Notes: a model not told the origin generated them from the letters alone. Positions 13,122 to 28,682 are shown, counted from the first letter of the stretch. The stretch: DNA of 64,000 nt from Eledone cirrhosa (GCA_964016885.1 OZ024745.1:23064001-23128000), one strand, 5' to 3'. Translations and numbers: made by a program.

Positions 13122-13251
13122 ATTAATAAAAGGAATTCCAACTTTGTCTGATTTACTCGTTTTATTTTTTATTTACAATCCTTTAAAATGTATAATGGTA
13201 TTAGAATGAAATAGTATGGTAGAATATTAAATGTTAAGTGTTAATTGAATA

Positions 13252-13290
13252 TGAACCTGAAGATTGCGAAAGCATGAAAGTACTTGTTCA
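13252..13290 (+). ncRNA. Intact-looking minimal type-I HHR in the loop of a fold-back island (13134-13395)
   Basis: TGAAC-CTGAAGA-tTGC-GAAA-GCAt-GAAAG-TA-CTT-GTTCA; stem I TGAAC/GTTCA; palindromic AAGTACTT stem III. Confidence 0.8.
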
Positions 13291-13422
13291 ATTAACACTT
13301 AACATTTAATATTCTACCATACTATTTCATTCTAATACCATTATACATTTTAAAGGATTGTAAATAAAACGAGTAAATCAGACAAAGCTAGAATTACAGA
13401 CACAATCATACACACCCGTGTA

Positions 13423-13484
<62 letters not shown>

Positions 13485-13605
13485 AGAAAATGAGGTTTGT
13501 TTACAAAATGAAAAAAAAAACGAGATGTCCTACACGAGTGAAAGTATAAGGAAAACAGATGAAATCGAAAATGCAACTGGAGTTTGTTAAGAGTATTTAT
13601 TTGGT

Positions 13606-13645
13606 TCCTTTACCGGTTTCGCAGTTCTTGTGCTTTTCAAATGTA
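13606..13645 (-). ncRNA. U3-A8 variant HHR in island 13483-13680
   Basis: TTGAAAA-GCA-caagaac-TGC-GAAAC-CG-GTA; homologous to 29549-29592; stem I decayed. Confidence 0.55.
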
Positions 13646-13676
13646 GAATTGAGATGGAGGGTTTGTGGTTTTTCTC

Positions 13677-13740
<64 letters not shown>

Positions 13741-13868
13741 GTCTACATAAATATGTATGTATATATATATATATATATATATACATACATATACATACAT
13801 ATATATATATATATATATACATTCACAAACATCCATATATATATATTTATACATATACATATACAAAT

Positions 13869-13901
<33 letters not shown>

Positions 13902-13904
13902 GTG

Positions 13905-13950
<46 letters not shown>

Positions 13951-14349
13951 CACACACATATACACACACACATATACACACACACACGCACATATATATA
14001 TATATATATATATATATACGTCTGTGGTGTACGTGTGTATGTGCCTGTGTGTGTATGTTGAAAACACATTTCTATGGCTACTTAAGTGCCTCAAGAGTCA
14101 TGTAGTTCATTTATGCATCAAAGTATAGAGTTGAATGGAATAATTTAAGTAGTTGCTGGAATAATATAAGTGATTATGCAGACTTAACGAAATTCAATTA
14201 AATAATTCAGTTTAGTTTGAATTTAATAGTTCAAAATATCCTAATTGGAATGTCAAGATGGTTGAATTGTGACGAGATTATTCAGAGTTTACTTTAAAAT
14301 TTATTTAAGAAAAATATATGTATAAGTGTGAATCAAAGAATAAAACATA

Positions 14350-14395
<46 letters not shown>

Positions 14396-14649
14396 ATGTG
14401 TGTGTGTGTGTGTGTGTGTATAGTGTATTTTGCAATACACTGTATGCTTAATTAAAAGCATTTTGAAGACCATATGCTATTGTTTTAATGTAGCGACATT
14501 GTCGCTTACTTAAATTTTCTGCCGAAAGGGGGAGATAAGTTGACACCTCTGTTTCGTACTTTTTGGTACTTATTAAAACTCACCACTCTCCCTGTCTGCC
14601 GAAAATTATGTGTGTTGGATTCTTATAGAATTCCAGTAATTCTCTGATA

Positions 14650-15806
14650 TCACCAGAGATATCAGAGTGTCATGTTTGTGGACGCCACCCCTGGAGGGAA
14701 ATTAGCTAACCAGTGTAGAAAGGCCCTGAGAAAGACCCACTTAAAAATAAAGGTGGTAGAAAAGCCAGGAACCACCATAAAATCCCTGATCAGCAAAACC
14801 TACCCTTTTAAGAAAACCCACTGTACCAATAGGAAATGTATCATATGTAAGGTGAACCCCCGGATAAACTGTAAAACTAGAAACGTAGTCTATAGCATAA
14901 GATGTACAGAGGGTACTTGCAGAAACACGACAACAACATACATAGGTGAGACAGCTCGTAGCATAGGTGAAAGGATAGACCAACACTGGGGGGAACTAAA
15001 AGGACGAAAAAACGGGTCAGTACTATACGAACATGCTAGACAACAACATGACGGTAACATAGACAACATAGAAATTAGAATAATATCTAAACATAGGAAT
15101 GACCCAGCAGATAGGCAAATCAGAGAGGCCAGTGAAATAGAAATTAGAAGACCAAAGCTAAACAGAAAGAATGAGTGGAACAACAACAACACCCAAACAA
15201 ACAACACTGACCTAAGAGAAGTATAAATAAATAAGTAAATTAAATTAAATAAAATAAGATAAATAAATACATACACAAGCACATAAACACACACTAGTCA
15301 CCCAGCAGACACAACACTATACACACTAGTCACACATCACACATAACACTATACACACACGCAAACGCATGCGCAAAGAAGACAAAATAAAATAAGATAA
15401 ACAAACAAGCAAATAAATAAATAAATATATAGACAGACTGAACAAAAAAAAAAAAAAAAAATGGCGTAGACATACAACACAACAGGAGGAACAATGAATA
15501 TAACACCACTGACGATGTTGCAGATGTGCAACGAAAGATTTATGTAAATTATGTAAACTATATATATATGTGTTTGTCTATATTGTATCTGTATTATTTT
15601 TGACCGCCGGTCAGTCAATGGCAACATTGAGGACCGAGTAAGTTAGATCGCAGATATATATATATAAAAGACAGCGAGAAGCGAAAACCAACCAAACAGT
15701 GAGTGTGTTCTGTTATTAATTCTGGCAATATTACGCAAATATGACCCTCCCCAAATATAACAATATCTGTTTCGACACACGATTTCATATAAAAAACCTC
15801 GCAAAA
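14650..15806 (+). mobile_element. 5'-truncated Neptune-like PLE (Cys linker + GIY-YIG + pLTR)
   Basis: ORF 14672-15226 HCTNRKCIICK..C, NVVY..YIGETARS; near-identical to 18900-19965; ends in (TA)n. Confidence 0.9.
15505..15545 (+). ncRNA. HHR in pLTR
   Basis: CTGACGA-t-GTTGCA-gatg-TGCAAC-GAAAG. Confidence 0.65.
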
Positions 15807-15807
15807 C

Positions 15808-16018
<211 letters not shown>

Positions 16019-16054
16019 TATATATATTATATATATATATATAGACATACACAT

Positions 16055-16117
<63 letters not shown>

Positions 16118-16120
<3 letters not shown>

Positions 16121-16320
16121 CTAAGGAAATGTGGTAAGGAACTAGGTGGACCATAACGCACCAAAGTACTCAATACTTAGGGTAGTAGAGTGGGTAATAG
16201 GAACCAGTAAGACCCCGACGGCTGAGCTCAAGCCGTTTCGACGGCTAATTCTGGACCAGAATTCTGTCCAGAATTAGCCGTCGAAACTGCTTGAGCTCAG
16301 CCGTCGGGGTCTTACTGGTT

Positions 16321-16324
<4 letters not shown>
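16118..16324 (-). mobile_element. Fold-back (TA)n-inserted element, family F
   Basis: Palindrome ~16197-16324 plus ~80 nt tail; copies at 30048, 38871, 39164 and 43231. Confidence 0.75.
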
Positions 16325-16383
<59 letters not shown>

Positions 16384-16396
16384 ATATATATATATG

Positions 16397-18158
16397 TGCA
16401 GAGAAAGATCAATCATACCTCGAGTACTGTCAGCAATAAGTAGTCTGCTGAAGCCTGGAAAACTGTCAATGAAATTAGTGGCAGAAAAAGTAGTGACAGA
16501 GCCAAACTGAAAGCCTCCAGCCAAGACGAACGTTTAAAACTGTGGCAACAACATTTTCAGAACCTACTTGGCAAAGCACCACAGATCATCGAAGAAGAAA
16601 TAATACCCGTTTTTATAGAGGAACACCAAATTCAGAAAGGTCCTTTCACTATGGAGGAACTACAGAAAGCAGTGAAAAGTATTGGTAACGGAAAAGCGTG
16701 CGGACTCGACGAGATCCCAGCTGAAGTGTGGAAGGTATCTGAATTTCATCCACTCCTGTTAGAGTTGTGTAATGGTGTCTATAATCAAGACCCCATAGAC
16801 AAATGGACTGAGGGATGTATACTCCCTTTTCCCAAAAAGGGTGATCTTGGAATGGCTAAAAACTACCGTGGCATAACACTAATGGCAATTGCCGCAAAGA
16901 TATACAATCTCATGCTGTTTGACAGAATAAGACCAATCATTGACCCCTTGCTGAGAAAAAAAACAAAATGGCTGCCGCACCAACAGATCAACATCAGGGC
17001 AAATACTTACTATTCGGCGTATCTTGGAAGGCGTAAAAACCAAAAACCTCCCAGCAACTCTCCTGTTTATTGACTTTTTAAAGGCATTCGATTCTATCCA
17101 TCGTGGGAGCATGAGAGAGATACTTCTAGCCTACGACCTGCCAAAGGAAACAGTAAATGCCATCATGATGTTATATAAAAACACCCGCGCAATGGTGCGC
17201 TCACTTGATGGAGATACCAACTTCTTTGACATCATTGCAGGAGTACTCCAAGGGGATACTCTTGCACCATATATTTTTATCATCTGCCTCAACTATGTAT
17301 TGAGAAAAGCCCTGGACGAAAACTTAGAGCTTGGTTTCACTCTCACAAAGCGAAAGTGTAGACGCCATGCAGCTCAGAAAATCACCGATGCTGACTATGC
17401 GGATGATTTAGCGGTCCTCGCTGACTACCTTAAGGATGCAACATCACTACTTCACAGCATCGAATCAGTTGCAAAGGAAATCGGACTCTATGTCAACGCA
17501 GGCAAAACAGAATATATTTGCCTGAACCAAGACTCCTCAGTTGGTATGCGAAGTCTAAACGGCGATATAATCAAGCAAGTTGACGACTTCAAATACCTGG
17601 GTAGATATATCGCCTCCACAGAACATGATGTTAACATCAGACTAGGAAAAGCCTGGGGAGCATTGAATGCAATGGAAAAGATATGGAAATCAAACCTGCC
17701 GGCCAAACTGAAAAGGAATTTCTTCGGAGCTGCTGTGGAATCTGTGCTTGTTTATGGCTCTATCACTTGGACGCTAACGTCGAAACTGGAGAAAAAGCTA
17801 GACGAGGCATACACGCGTATGCTCCGTGTTGCTTTAAACGTGTCTTGGAAGGAACACCCAACAAATAAGGATCTCTATGGCAATATACCACCTATCAGCA
17901 GATCAATACGTGGACAGAGACTCAGATTTGCTGGCCACTGTTGGCGCAGCAAGGAAGGAAATAGAAGGTGATGTGTTGTTATGGAGTCCATCTCATGGAG
18001 CAAGAAACGCTGGTCGTCCCAAGAAGACATACGTCAAGCAACTTGAGGACGATACTGGATGCACTGCGGAAGAACTGGCAAACGCTATGAGAGACAGAGA
18101 TGGATGGAGGAAATGTGTCGTAGAAAGCCGAGCAAGCTCGACCTGATGATGATGGTGA

Positions 18159-18161
<3 letters not shown>
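16397..18161 (+). mobile_element. 5'-truncated RTE-clade LINE, RT pseudogene
   Basis: ORFs 16651-17073, 17024-17971 and 17877-18146 join via two frameshifts; GKACGLDEIP, NYRGITL, IDFLKAFDSI, GVLQGDTLAP, YADD, LRFAGH, GRP; (TGA)n tail. Confidence 0.92.
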
Positions 18162-18197
<36 letters not shown>

Positions 18198-18283
18198 GAT
18201 AAGCAGAACAAGTAAAATTCAATCAATTTTTCAAAATACATTAAAAAATATAATATAAATATTTACCTCTTCTAGTGGCCCTT

Positions 18284-18356
18284 ACTGATCAGTTTCGCTT
18301 TGTAAAACCTCATAAATCCGATGGATTTATGATGGAAAACCAAAGCTCATCAGAGA
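18284..18356 (-). ncRNA. HHR with long stem II in island 18191-18706
   Basis: CTGATGA-GCTTTG..TCATAAATCC-atc-GGATTTATGA..CAAAGC-GAAAC-TG-ATC. Confidence 0.65.
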
Positions 18357-18702
18357 AGCATTTTCCCTTCCTAGGGCTAAACGTCCCAGGAACGACAAAA
18401 TATACAACCTCCTGCCAGCTAGTAAAGGTCTGAAAGGTCGTAAAAGTGACCCGTATGTAAACTGGACCGAAGTAAAAGCGGGAAAATCAAAGACTTGCTG
18501 TCTACAATTACTACTAAAAAAATAGCAGCCAAGTAGAGCAACAGATTTGTTCTCAACGGACGGAGAAAAAGGTAGAAGTTAATATGTCCAGGGATACTAG
18601 GTACCCCTAGAAATACATAGGTTGTCTATGATTCAAGGTTGTTCAATGGTGTTAATTTGATACACCAGAACTTTAATATTAAGATAAGCAGAACAAGTAA
18701 AA

Positions 18703-21690
<2,988 letters not shown>

Positions 21691-21861
21691 TTTGTATATA
21701 TATATATACATAAGAGCAACTCATTCAACAACGCCAAAATCAAGAGTTCCAAGAGATGTCAATTTGAATGGAGCTGTTTTTCTCTGAAAACTTTTTTTTT
21801 TAGTTTCTACCACTGCCCACTCTCCTCTATCTTTCTGTTTCTTCTCTGATTTCTCATTCCA

Positions 21862-21895
21862 TTTTCTGCAGAAGGACTAGCGTCCGAAACGTCAT
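21862..21895 (+). ncRNA. Degenerate minimal HHR
   Basis: CTGCAGA-a-GGAC-tagc-GTCC-GAAACGTC; partial copy at ~39568-39595. Confidence 0.5.
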
Positions 21896-22405
21896 CCCAT
21901 TTTCCCTGCTATATCAAGCGTAAAACTAATAGTATATTTCTTCTTTGTACTGTGTCGTTTATATATGAATATAAATATATATGTAACTATATATGTGTGT
22001 ATGTGTGTGTTTAGAGAGAGATAGAGGGAGAAAGAGAGAGAGAGGGGGGAGAAGAAAGAGAGAGAGAAGAGACACAGAGTGACAGACAAATAAATTTTAA
22101 GAGGGCATACGTTTCCTTGGCCACCATTTCCCTTCTGTTACTGGCCATTTTTTTAGCGCTCCTTGTTCCTATTGGCGAACTACAAAATGGGTTGACTAAC
22201 TATTCCCTAGAGGTCTTGCACGTCGTAACATCGGCGGTGGGGTTTTGAGGGGATAACATAAAGGAAGAGATAAAGATATTTAAAATCATACATTAGTATA
22301 AATTTTAATCTTTGGAGTACAGGAAGAGGCATGTACAGGAGTACAGGAAGAGACATAACATTTTAAGTAGATAGATACACAGACACACACACATGCATAC
22401 ACACA

Positions 22406-22484
<79 letters not shown>

Positions 22485-22564
22485 CTGTGTGTGTATGTAT
22501 ATATATGTGTGTGTGTTGTTTCTACTATAAGCACAAGGCCAGCAATTTTGGGGGAGGGGAAGTC

Positions 22565-22607
<43 letters not shown>

Positions 22608-22857
22608 AGTATACGTACATACATATATGTATACAGACGTACAGTAGCATGCATATATATATATATATACATATATATACATATATATATATACACATAC
22701 ATACACACAGGTACACATACATATATGCACGCATCAGTTTAGCGGACGCTTATTATAACGCCGCTTTGTTCGTTTGTCAACAAACTGAACAGCCTGAATT
22801 TATGCCATACGGTGTTAAGGCAACCACGTCACCTTTTTGTTCAACACTGACACAGGA

Positions 22858-22900
22858 ACGATGTACTAGTTTCAAGCTTGTTAGCTATCATCAGCACCGT
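22858..22900 (-). ncRNA. Minimal HHR, family B island (22735-23025)
   Basis: ACGGTG-CTGATGA-tAGCT-aaca-AGCTt-GAAAC-TA-GTA-CATCGT. Confidence 0.8.
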
Positions 22901-23493
22901 TTACTCATCTGCCAGATAGTTGAACGTTCGAAAGTATATACTTTCCTTATGAAAATTAACGGCTGAGCAGCCTAATTTGCATATTGAGTGAGTTAAATCG
23001 GTCAGGCATACCGAAAACGATAAGTTGAAAAAAAAAATGAAAACGAAATTTCATTTCTCACTCTTGGTATGGCACTTACTTAAATGTAAGTATGTATGTA
23101 TACGTACATACATATATGTATACAGACGTACAGTAGCATGCATATATATATATATATATACATATATATACATATATATATATACACATACATACATACA
23201 CACATAATACAGGTACACATACATATATGCACGCATATATATATATATATATATGTATGTGTACCTGTATGTATGTGTGTATGTATGTGTATATATATAT
23301 GTGTATATATATGTATATATATATATATGCATGCTACTGTACGTCTGTATACATATATGTATGTACGTATACATACATACTTACATTTAAGTAAGTGCCA
23401 TACTAAGAGTGAGAAATGAAATTTCGTTTTCATTTTTTTTTTCAACTTATATATATATATATATATATATAAACGACTTCCCCTCCCCAAAAT

Positions 23494-23530
<37 letters not shown>

Positions 23531-23531
<1 letters not shown>

Positions 23532-23757
23532 AAGGCGCATGGCTTAGTGGTTAGAGCATTGGGCTTGCAATCGAAAGGATGTGAGTTCAATTCTCGGACC
23601 GGGTGATGTGTTGTTTCCTTGAGCCAGACACTTTATTTCACGTTGCTCCAGTTTACTCAGCTGTAGAAATGAGATGATAGGACTGGGGTCCCTATCATTA
23701 AATTATCCAAGACACTCCCAACGAGATATACATTGGAGGAGGCCAGCTAAACCTGCA
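23531..23757 (+). mobile_element. tRNA-derived SINE family B
   Basis: Close match to 8228-8460; abuts the truncated 5' end of the PLE. Confidence 0.8.
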
Positions 23758-23840
23758 AACGTAATGGAGAGATAGCATGCTTTCCAACAGACAAGTCTGG
23801 CAGAATGTCGGTTGACAGCCTGCCAAACTAGATCCAGGCA

Positions 23841-25892
23841 ATGCAACCCCACATCACTAACACAAGAGAGGTAACACCACAGGAACATGAGGATAGAGAA
23901 AAAGCCCTCAATGCCCATATGGTGATGTGGACGAATATAATGCAGCCAAACAAAAGGACTGCCAACAACTTCCAGGCCTGGAACAATGACGTGCCGGCGT
24001 TGTATGGGCTTCGAAAAGACCATAAAACGGGATGTGACCCTGTCGCGGGACCACCAACACGGCCAGTCTGTGGAGCTAACATTGCTAGTAACTACAGACT
24101 GTCCTACTTCCTCTCCCTGATCATACGCCCCATCATTGAGATGTCCCCAGATGTATGTGACAGCACGGAGGACCTCCTCAGCAGAATCGGCGTGAGTAAC
24201 CGATCTGGGGACCTAACAAACTGCATAATAGGCAGTATGGATGTTGTGTCCCTGTATCCATCTATTGACGTGGATTTTGCTGTGGAGAAATGCGTAGAAA
24301 TGATCAGCGAGAGCAAGGTTGAGTTCCGTGGGATTGATACCAGTGAGCTGGGACTTCTACTTAAGCTTACCCATAGTAATAGTTACCTAGACACATATGA
24401 CCTTAGCAACCTGTGCCCTACAAGACCAGCAAGAGGCAGACCACCTACCATTACCTCAATGGCCAAAAGAACCCACACAGATAGATGGAACGGGTGGACC
24501 AGAGCCATACGGACCCCCGAAAACCACAATGAACTAAAGAAAATGATTGCCCATGCGGTGGGGGCCAGCATAAAATTAACCCTTAAGGAACATATGTTCA
24601 AATTTAATGGAAAAACATATGCCCAAGAGGAAGGAGCAGCTATTGGTGTTAGCATTGCAGGCGACATAGCTAACTTATTCATGGTATGGTGGGACAGTAG
24701 ACTTAAACTTAAACTTAAAGAACAATTAGAAGACAGCTTAACCCTGATAATGTACTCCCGCTACGTAGATGATATAAACATCGTAGTTAAGACACCCCCA
24801 CTAGAGAACAGTCAGGAACTAGAGAAAAACACAATGGAAAGCATCCAGCAAATAGCAAACTCCATCCACCAGAGCATTAGAGTTACTATAGACTACCCAA
24901 GTAGACACCCCAACCATCGATTACCTGTACTAGACACAGAGCTCTGGTTAGATACCATTAACAACCAAAAACAAATCCTCCATTCCCATTATGCCAAACC
25001 CATGACTTCCAAACATCTGATCCACCGAAACTCGGCCATTTCGGACCATACCAAAATCAACATACTGATTGCGGATTTGGTACGGGTGATGAGAAATGTG
25101 TCCCGCATGTGCAACCCCGAAGAACTAGAGATACACATACAACACTTCATCCACCGTATGCAGTTATCTGGCTACAATCAGAGAGATAGAATCAGAGTGT
25201 ATAGAGGAGCCAGAACCAAATGGGAAAAAATGGTAAATAATGACATAAATGGGACCTGCCCCTTGTATAGGAGCAAATTTTGGAATAGAATAGAAAGAAC
25301 TAGGAACAAGGCCAATAGAATAAACTCATGGTATGATAGCAATAAATACCAGAGTGTAATGTTCATCGATACAACCCCTAGAGGCGAACTAGCCTACAAA
25401 TTTAGAAGGGCCCTAAATAAACATAAACTCAATATTAAGATAGTAGAAAGACCAGGTACCTCCGTAAAAACACTTATTAGCAAGACATACCCGTTCCAAA
25501 GACCCTCATGTATAGATAAGAAATGTATAACCTGTAAAATAAGCCTCCATATTAACTGTAAAACTAGAAATGTAGTGTATAGCATAAGATGTACTGAAGG
25601 ACAATGTAGAAACAAAAATATAGTGTACATAGGTGAGACAGCTCGTAGTATAGGGGAACGGATAAATGAACACTGGCGAGACCTTCAAGATAGTAAAGAA
25701 TCATCTGTACTCTACCAACATGCTAAAATAGAACATAAGGGTAAATTAGAGAACATAGAAATACAAATAGAATCTACACACAGAAAAGATGCAATGTTTA
25801 GACAAATTACAGAGGTAATAAACATAAAAGAATTACAACCAAAATTAAATAGAAAATATGAGTGGAACAGCAACATCACAACTTACAATTAA
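23841..25892 (+). CDS. PLE polyprotein (RT + Cys linker + GIY-YIG), N-terminally incomplete
   Basis: 683 aa open frame: SMDVVSLYPSI, QEEGAAIG, YSRYVDD, LPVLD, CIDKKCITC..C, NVVY..YIGETARS..R..EH. Confidence 0.85.
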   Translation: MQPHITNTREVTPQEHEDREKALNAHMVMWTNIMQPNKRTANNFQAWNNDVPALYGLRKDHKTGCDPVAGPPTRPVCGANIASNYRLSYFLSLIIRPIIEMSPDVCDSTEDLLSRIGVSNRSGDLTNCIIGSMDVVSLYPSIDVDFAVEKCVEMISESKVEFRGIDTSELGLLLKLTHSNSYLDTYDLSNLCPTRPARGRPPTITSMAKRTHTDRWNGWTRAIRTPENHNELKKMIAHAVGASIKLTLKEHMFKFNGKTYAQEEGAAIGVSIAGDIANLFMVWWDSRLKLKLKEQLEDSLTLIMYSRYVDDINIVVKTPPLENSQELEKNTMESIQQIANSIHQSIRVTIDYPSRHPNHRLPVLDTELWLDTINNQKQILHSHYAKPMTSKHLIHRNSAISDHTKINILIADLVRVMRNVSRMCNPEELEIHIQHFIHRMQLSGYNQRDRIRVYRGARTKWEKMVNNDINGTCPLYRSKFWNRIERTRNKANRINSWYDSNKYQSVMFIDTTPRGELAYKFRRALNKHKLNIKIVERPGTSVKTLISKTYPFQRPSCIDKKCITCKISLHINCKTRNVVYSIRCTEGQCRNKNIVYIGETARSIGERINEHWRDLQDSKESSVLYQHAKIEHKGKLENIEIQIESTHRKDAMFRQITEVINIKELQPKLNRKYEWNSNITTYN

Positions 25893-26102
25893 GGACAAAA
25901 TGAAAACACACACACACATAGAACAAACAACCAACCAATACCAATAACATGTAAATAAATAAACAAATAGATAAATGAACACAAACACACACAGACACCC
26001 GGATGTGACGCATGCGCAAACTGAGCACACAACACACACATAGAAACAAAATGGCGTAGGACAGAAGAAAGGAAAGGCACAGAAACAAAGAAAGGAATCC
26101 CC

Positions 26103-26147
26103 AGTCACTGAAGAGGTCACAGAGTGTGTGACGAAAGGACTATGACT
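26103..26147 (+). ncRNA. Intact-looking minimal type-I HHR
   Basis: AGTCA-CTGAAGA-g-GTCAC-agagtgt-GTGAC-GAAAG-GA-CTA-TGACT. Confidence 0.85.
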
Positions 26148-26599
26148 ATATATAAACAACTATCTGGTTGTGAAACCAACTAACCAACCAGAAATTTATA
26201 AATTTGTAGATTTGTAAATTTATAAATTTATAAATATATAATAAATTGAAGTGAAAGCAACTGGTGCGTGTGTTTCTTATTGGCAACATGACCCTCCCAA
26301 AGTATAATAATATCGGTTTCAACACACGATTTCAGATAAAGAATCTTGCTAAACAAATTCAGAAACGAAATATATATATATATATATACGTTTAATCGAT
26401 TGAACAAGTCTTTCATATACGGAATAACTTACTCAATAACAGGAGACAGGAATTGCTGTACTTATATGGTTACTATATTCTATCTTTGACGATCATGTCC
26501 TAAATTAAGGGCTTCTTCCTTCAGTGTGAATACTAAACATATTTATTTTTCCTGTGTGTGAATGTAGGGGTGATGGGGAAATAAGGGAACGGTAAAACG

Positions 26600-27125
26600 T
26601 TAAATAGTGGAAAGAGGGGTTCAGAGTGTTTAATATATCATATGAGAGTGGGTTTCTTGTCATTATTATCTTGTGGTTCCACAGTAAACCAAATTGTTGT
26701 CTTAATGTTTAATACATAAACTGATTTTTGTGTAGAAAAGTTATTGCTTGAATGCTACAGTAGAAGTTATCTTAATGATAGTATCAGCTGTGCGTTGGTT
26801 CGCTATTAAATTTCATGTTTTCATAAGGGGAGAGAATCCAGTGAAAATATGAAAAATATTTCAAATTCTTTTTCTTTTTTTTTTTATTCTTTAGTAACTT
26901 TCACCGTCGTGTTTCTTAAAACTAAAATTACTTTTATTAAAATTTAATTTGTTTCATCTGTATTTGTAAACGAGTTCGTTTCTGCGTCATTTGCGCTCCC
27001 TCGGTACAGAATAACAAACTGCTAGGTAGTGAAGGTTTAGATTCAAATTCTTGCTCTAAATAAAGGGAGAATGTATGTTTGTTTGTGTTGACCAGTAATT
27101 GTTGGTGGTGTGGTAGAGACACCGT
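26600..27125 (-). pseudogene. Possible highly decayed PLE linker/GIY-YIG remnant
   Basis: Only scattered resemblance in mixed frames; a TATTGAGTA motif lies at 26430-26438 near (TA)n. Confidence 0.25.
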
Positions 27126-27437
27126 AGTGTTTAGGGCACTTTAAACTGTGTCAGACACCTTTCATTTTACCTCCTGGCGAAGGACTGGAATCCGAACCGT
27201 TAAAACTCTTAACATTATATCAAACCTTAAACTAATATATATCACTATTATATTGCTCTTATGTTTTTATTTTCTTGTGACTTTTCTTATGCACCTATAT
27301 ATACTCCACATTTCATTTCATAAGCAATCACTTAAAAGTCACAGTCAAGTTCTTTTAAATAAATATTTTACTTTGTATCATGCATTGAGTTCTTTCTCTA
27401 ATTAATGTGTGTTGTTTTTCCTTATTAAGAATACATA

Positions 27438-27660
27438 AGGCGGTAGATTGGCGAAGTCGTTAGAGTGTCAGACGAAGGCTGCAGAATATTTTGTTGTGTG
27501 GTCATTACCTTCTGCGTTCAAATCCCGCGAGGTTATCTTTGCCTTCCATCCTTTTAAGGTCGATAAGATAAAGCCCTATTAATGCACTGGGGTCGACTTA
27601 ATCAACTTTCTTCTTCCCTTCAAATTGCTGGCCTGTGTCAAGGTAGAAACAATAATTAAG
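27438..27660 (+). mobile_element. Diverged SINE A
   Basis: GGCGGTAGATTGGC..GTTCAAATCCC..GCCTTCCATCCTTTTAAGGTCGATAAG. Confidence 0.75.
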
Positions 27661-27797
27661 AATACATCATACATATATACGAAAATAAGACCGTTACGGC
27701 TCCAATCTGTTCGAGACACTCAGCAATTACCCTGAACCGAACGTCAGCCTGCACATATGATTCTTGCCAAACCAAACCACTCTCCCGTTTATAAATG

Positions 27798-28139
27798 TAC
27801 TCCCAGATCTTGAATAATCGACCATCAGCCGCTGCTTATTAATTTTTCAGATAACCCCACCCACTGCGTATTATATTTTTTTTATTCTATCTCCGGCGAA
27901 ATTTTATTGTAAGTAATTCATATTAATACGGCAGCAGGGGAATCTAATAATTATTTTATTTTACATTTTTAAAAAACCCATTATATACGACAAAAAAAGA
28001 ATATTACAAGAAATCCCATATTTACGAACGTACACTATACAATTACCGACCCCCTACCGTTTATGTGAATTCAAACAAATGTCCAACAACCCCCGCTTAT
28101 TCCAACACCACCTCCCCTATTATTTGGGACCCGAGAGTA
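27798..28139. mobile_element. Tc1/pogo-like MITE remnant
   Basis: Imperfect TIRs TACTCCCAGATCTTGAATAATCG / CTATTATTTGGGACCCGAGAGTA. Confidence 0.45.
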
Positions 28140-28636
28140 TATGTCATTGGGTATAAGACAAAATCCGCGGAGTTACACTATTGGATAGTGAGTACAAGAT
28201 ATGGCATTGTTAAAATTCCAAGTATTTACCATTCCAGCTACAACAGCTGACTGTTGAGTACGGCTTCAACACATAACTTTAGCAAATAACTATAGGCTGT
28301 CTAAATATGGCTGAACTGGGAGGTGGACATAAAGAGACATACTGTTCCCTATATTTATCACCTACCTTCTTCTCTCTCTCTCTTTCTTTCTCTCTCTCTC
28401 GCTCTCTCACTCACTCTCTTTTCCACTCTCCTTCTCTCTCTTTCTCTCACTCACTTTTTCTCTCACTCTCCTTCTCCCTCTTTTATTTCCCTGTCTTTCT
28501 CTCTACCTTTGTCTCTCACCCCCTCTCTTATTTCCCTGTCTTTTCTCTCTCCCACACACATGCATACGCACGCACATACATACACACACGTGCATACTCC
28601 CCCTCTTTCTCCCTCTCTTTCTCTCTCTCTCACCCA

Positions 28637-28682
<46 letters not shown>

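Larger units (their letters stand above)
23758..26368 (+). mobile_element. Neptune-like PLE (second family), 5'-truncated, with pLTR
   Basis: RT-EN ORF, upstream PTDKSGR then a TAG at ~23829, HHR at 26103, ends in (TA)n. Confidence 0.93.

Noticed and set aside
22982-22992. TATTGAGTGAG as another instance of the 3' motif
   Set aside because: Lies antisense and upstream of the family B HHR, inconsistent with the other instances
23841-25892. Telomerase, group II intron or bacterial retron RT
   Set aside because: C-terminal GIY-YIG, pLTR with HHR and (TA)n insertion identify it as a PLE
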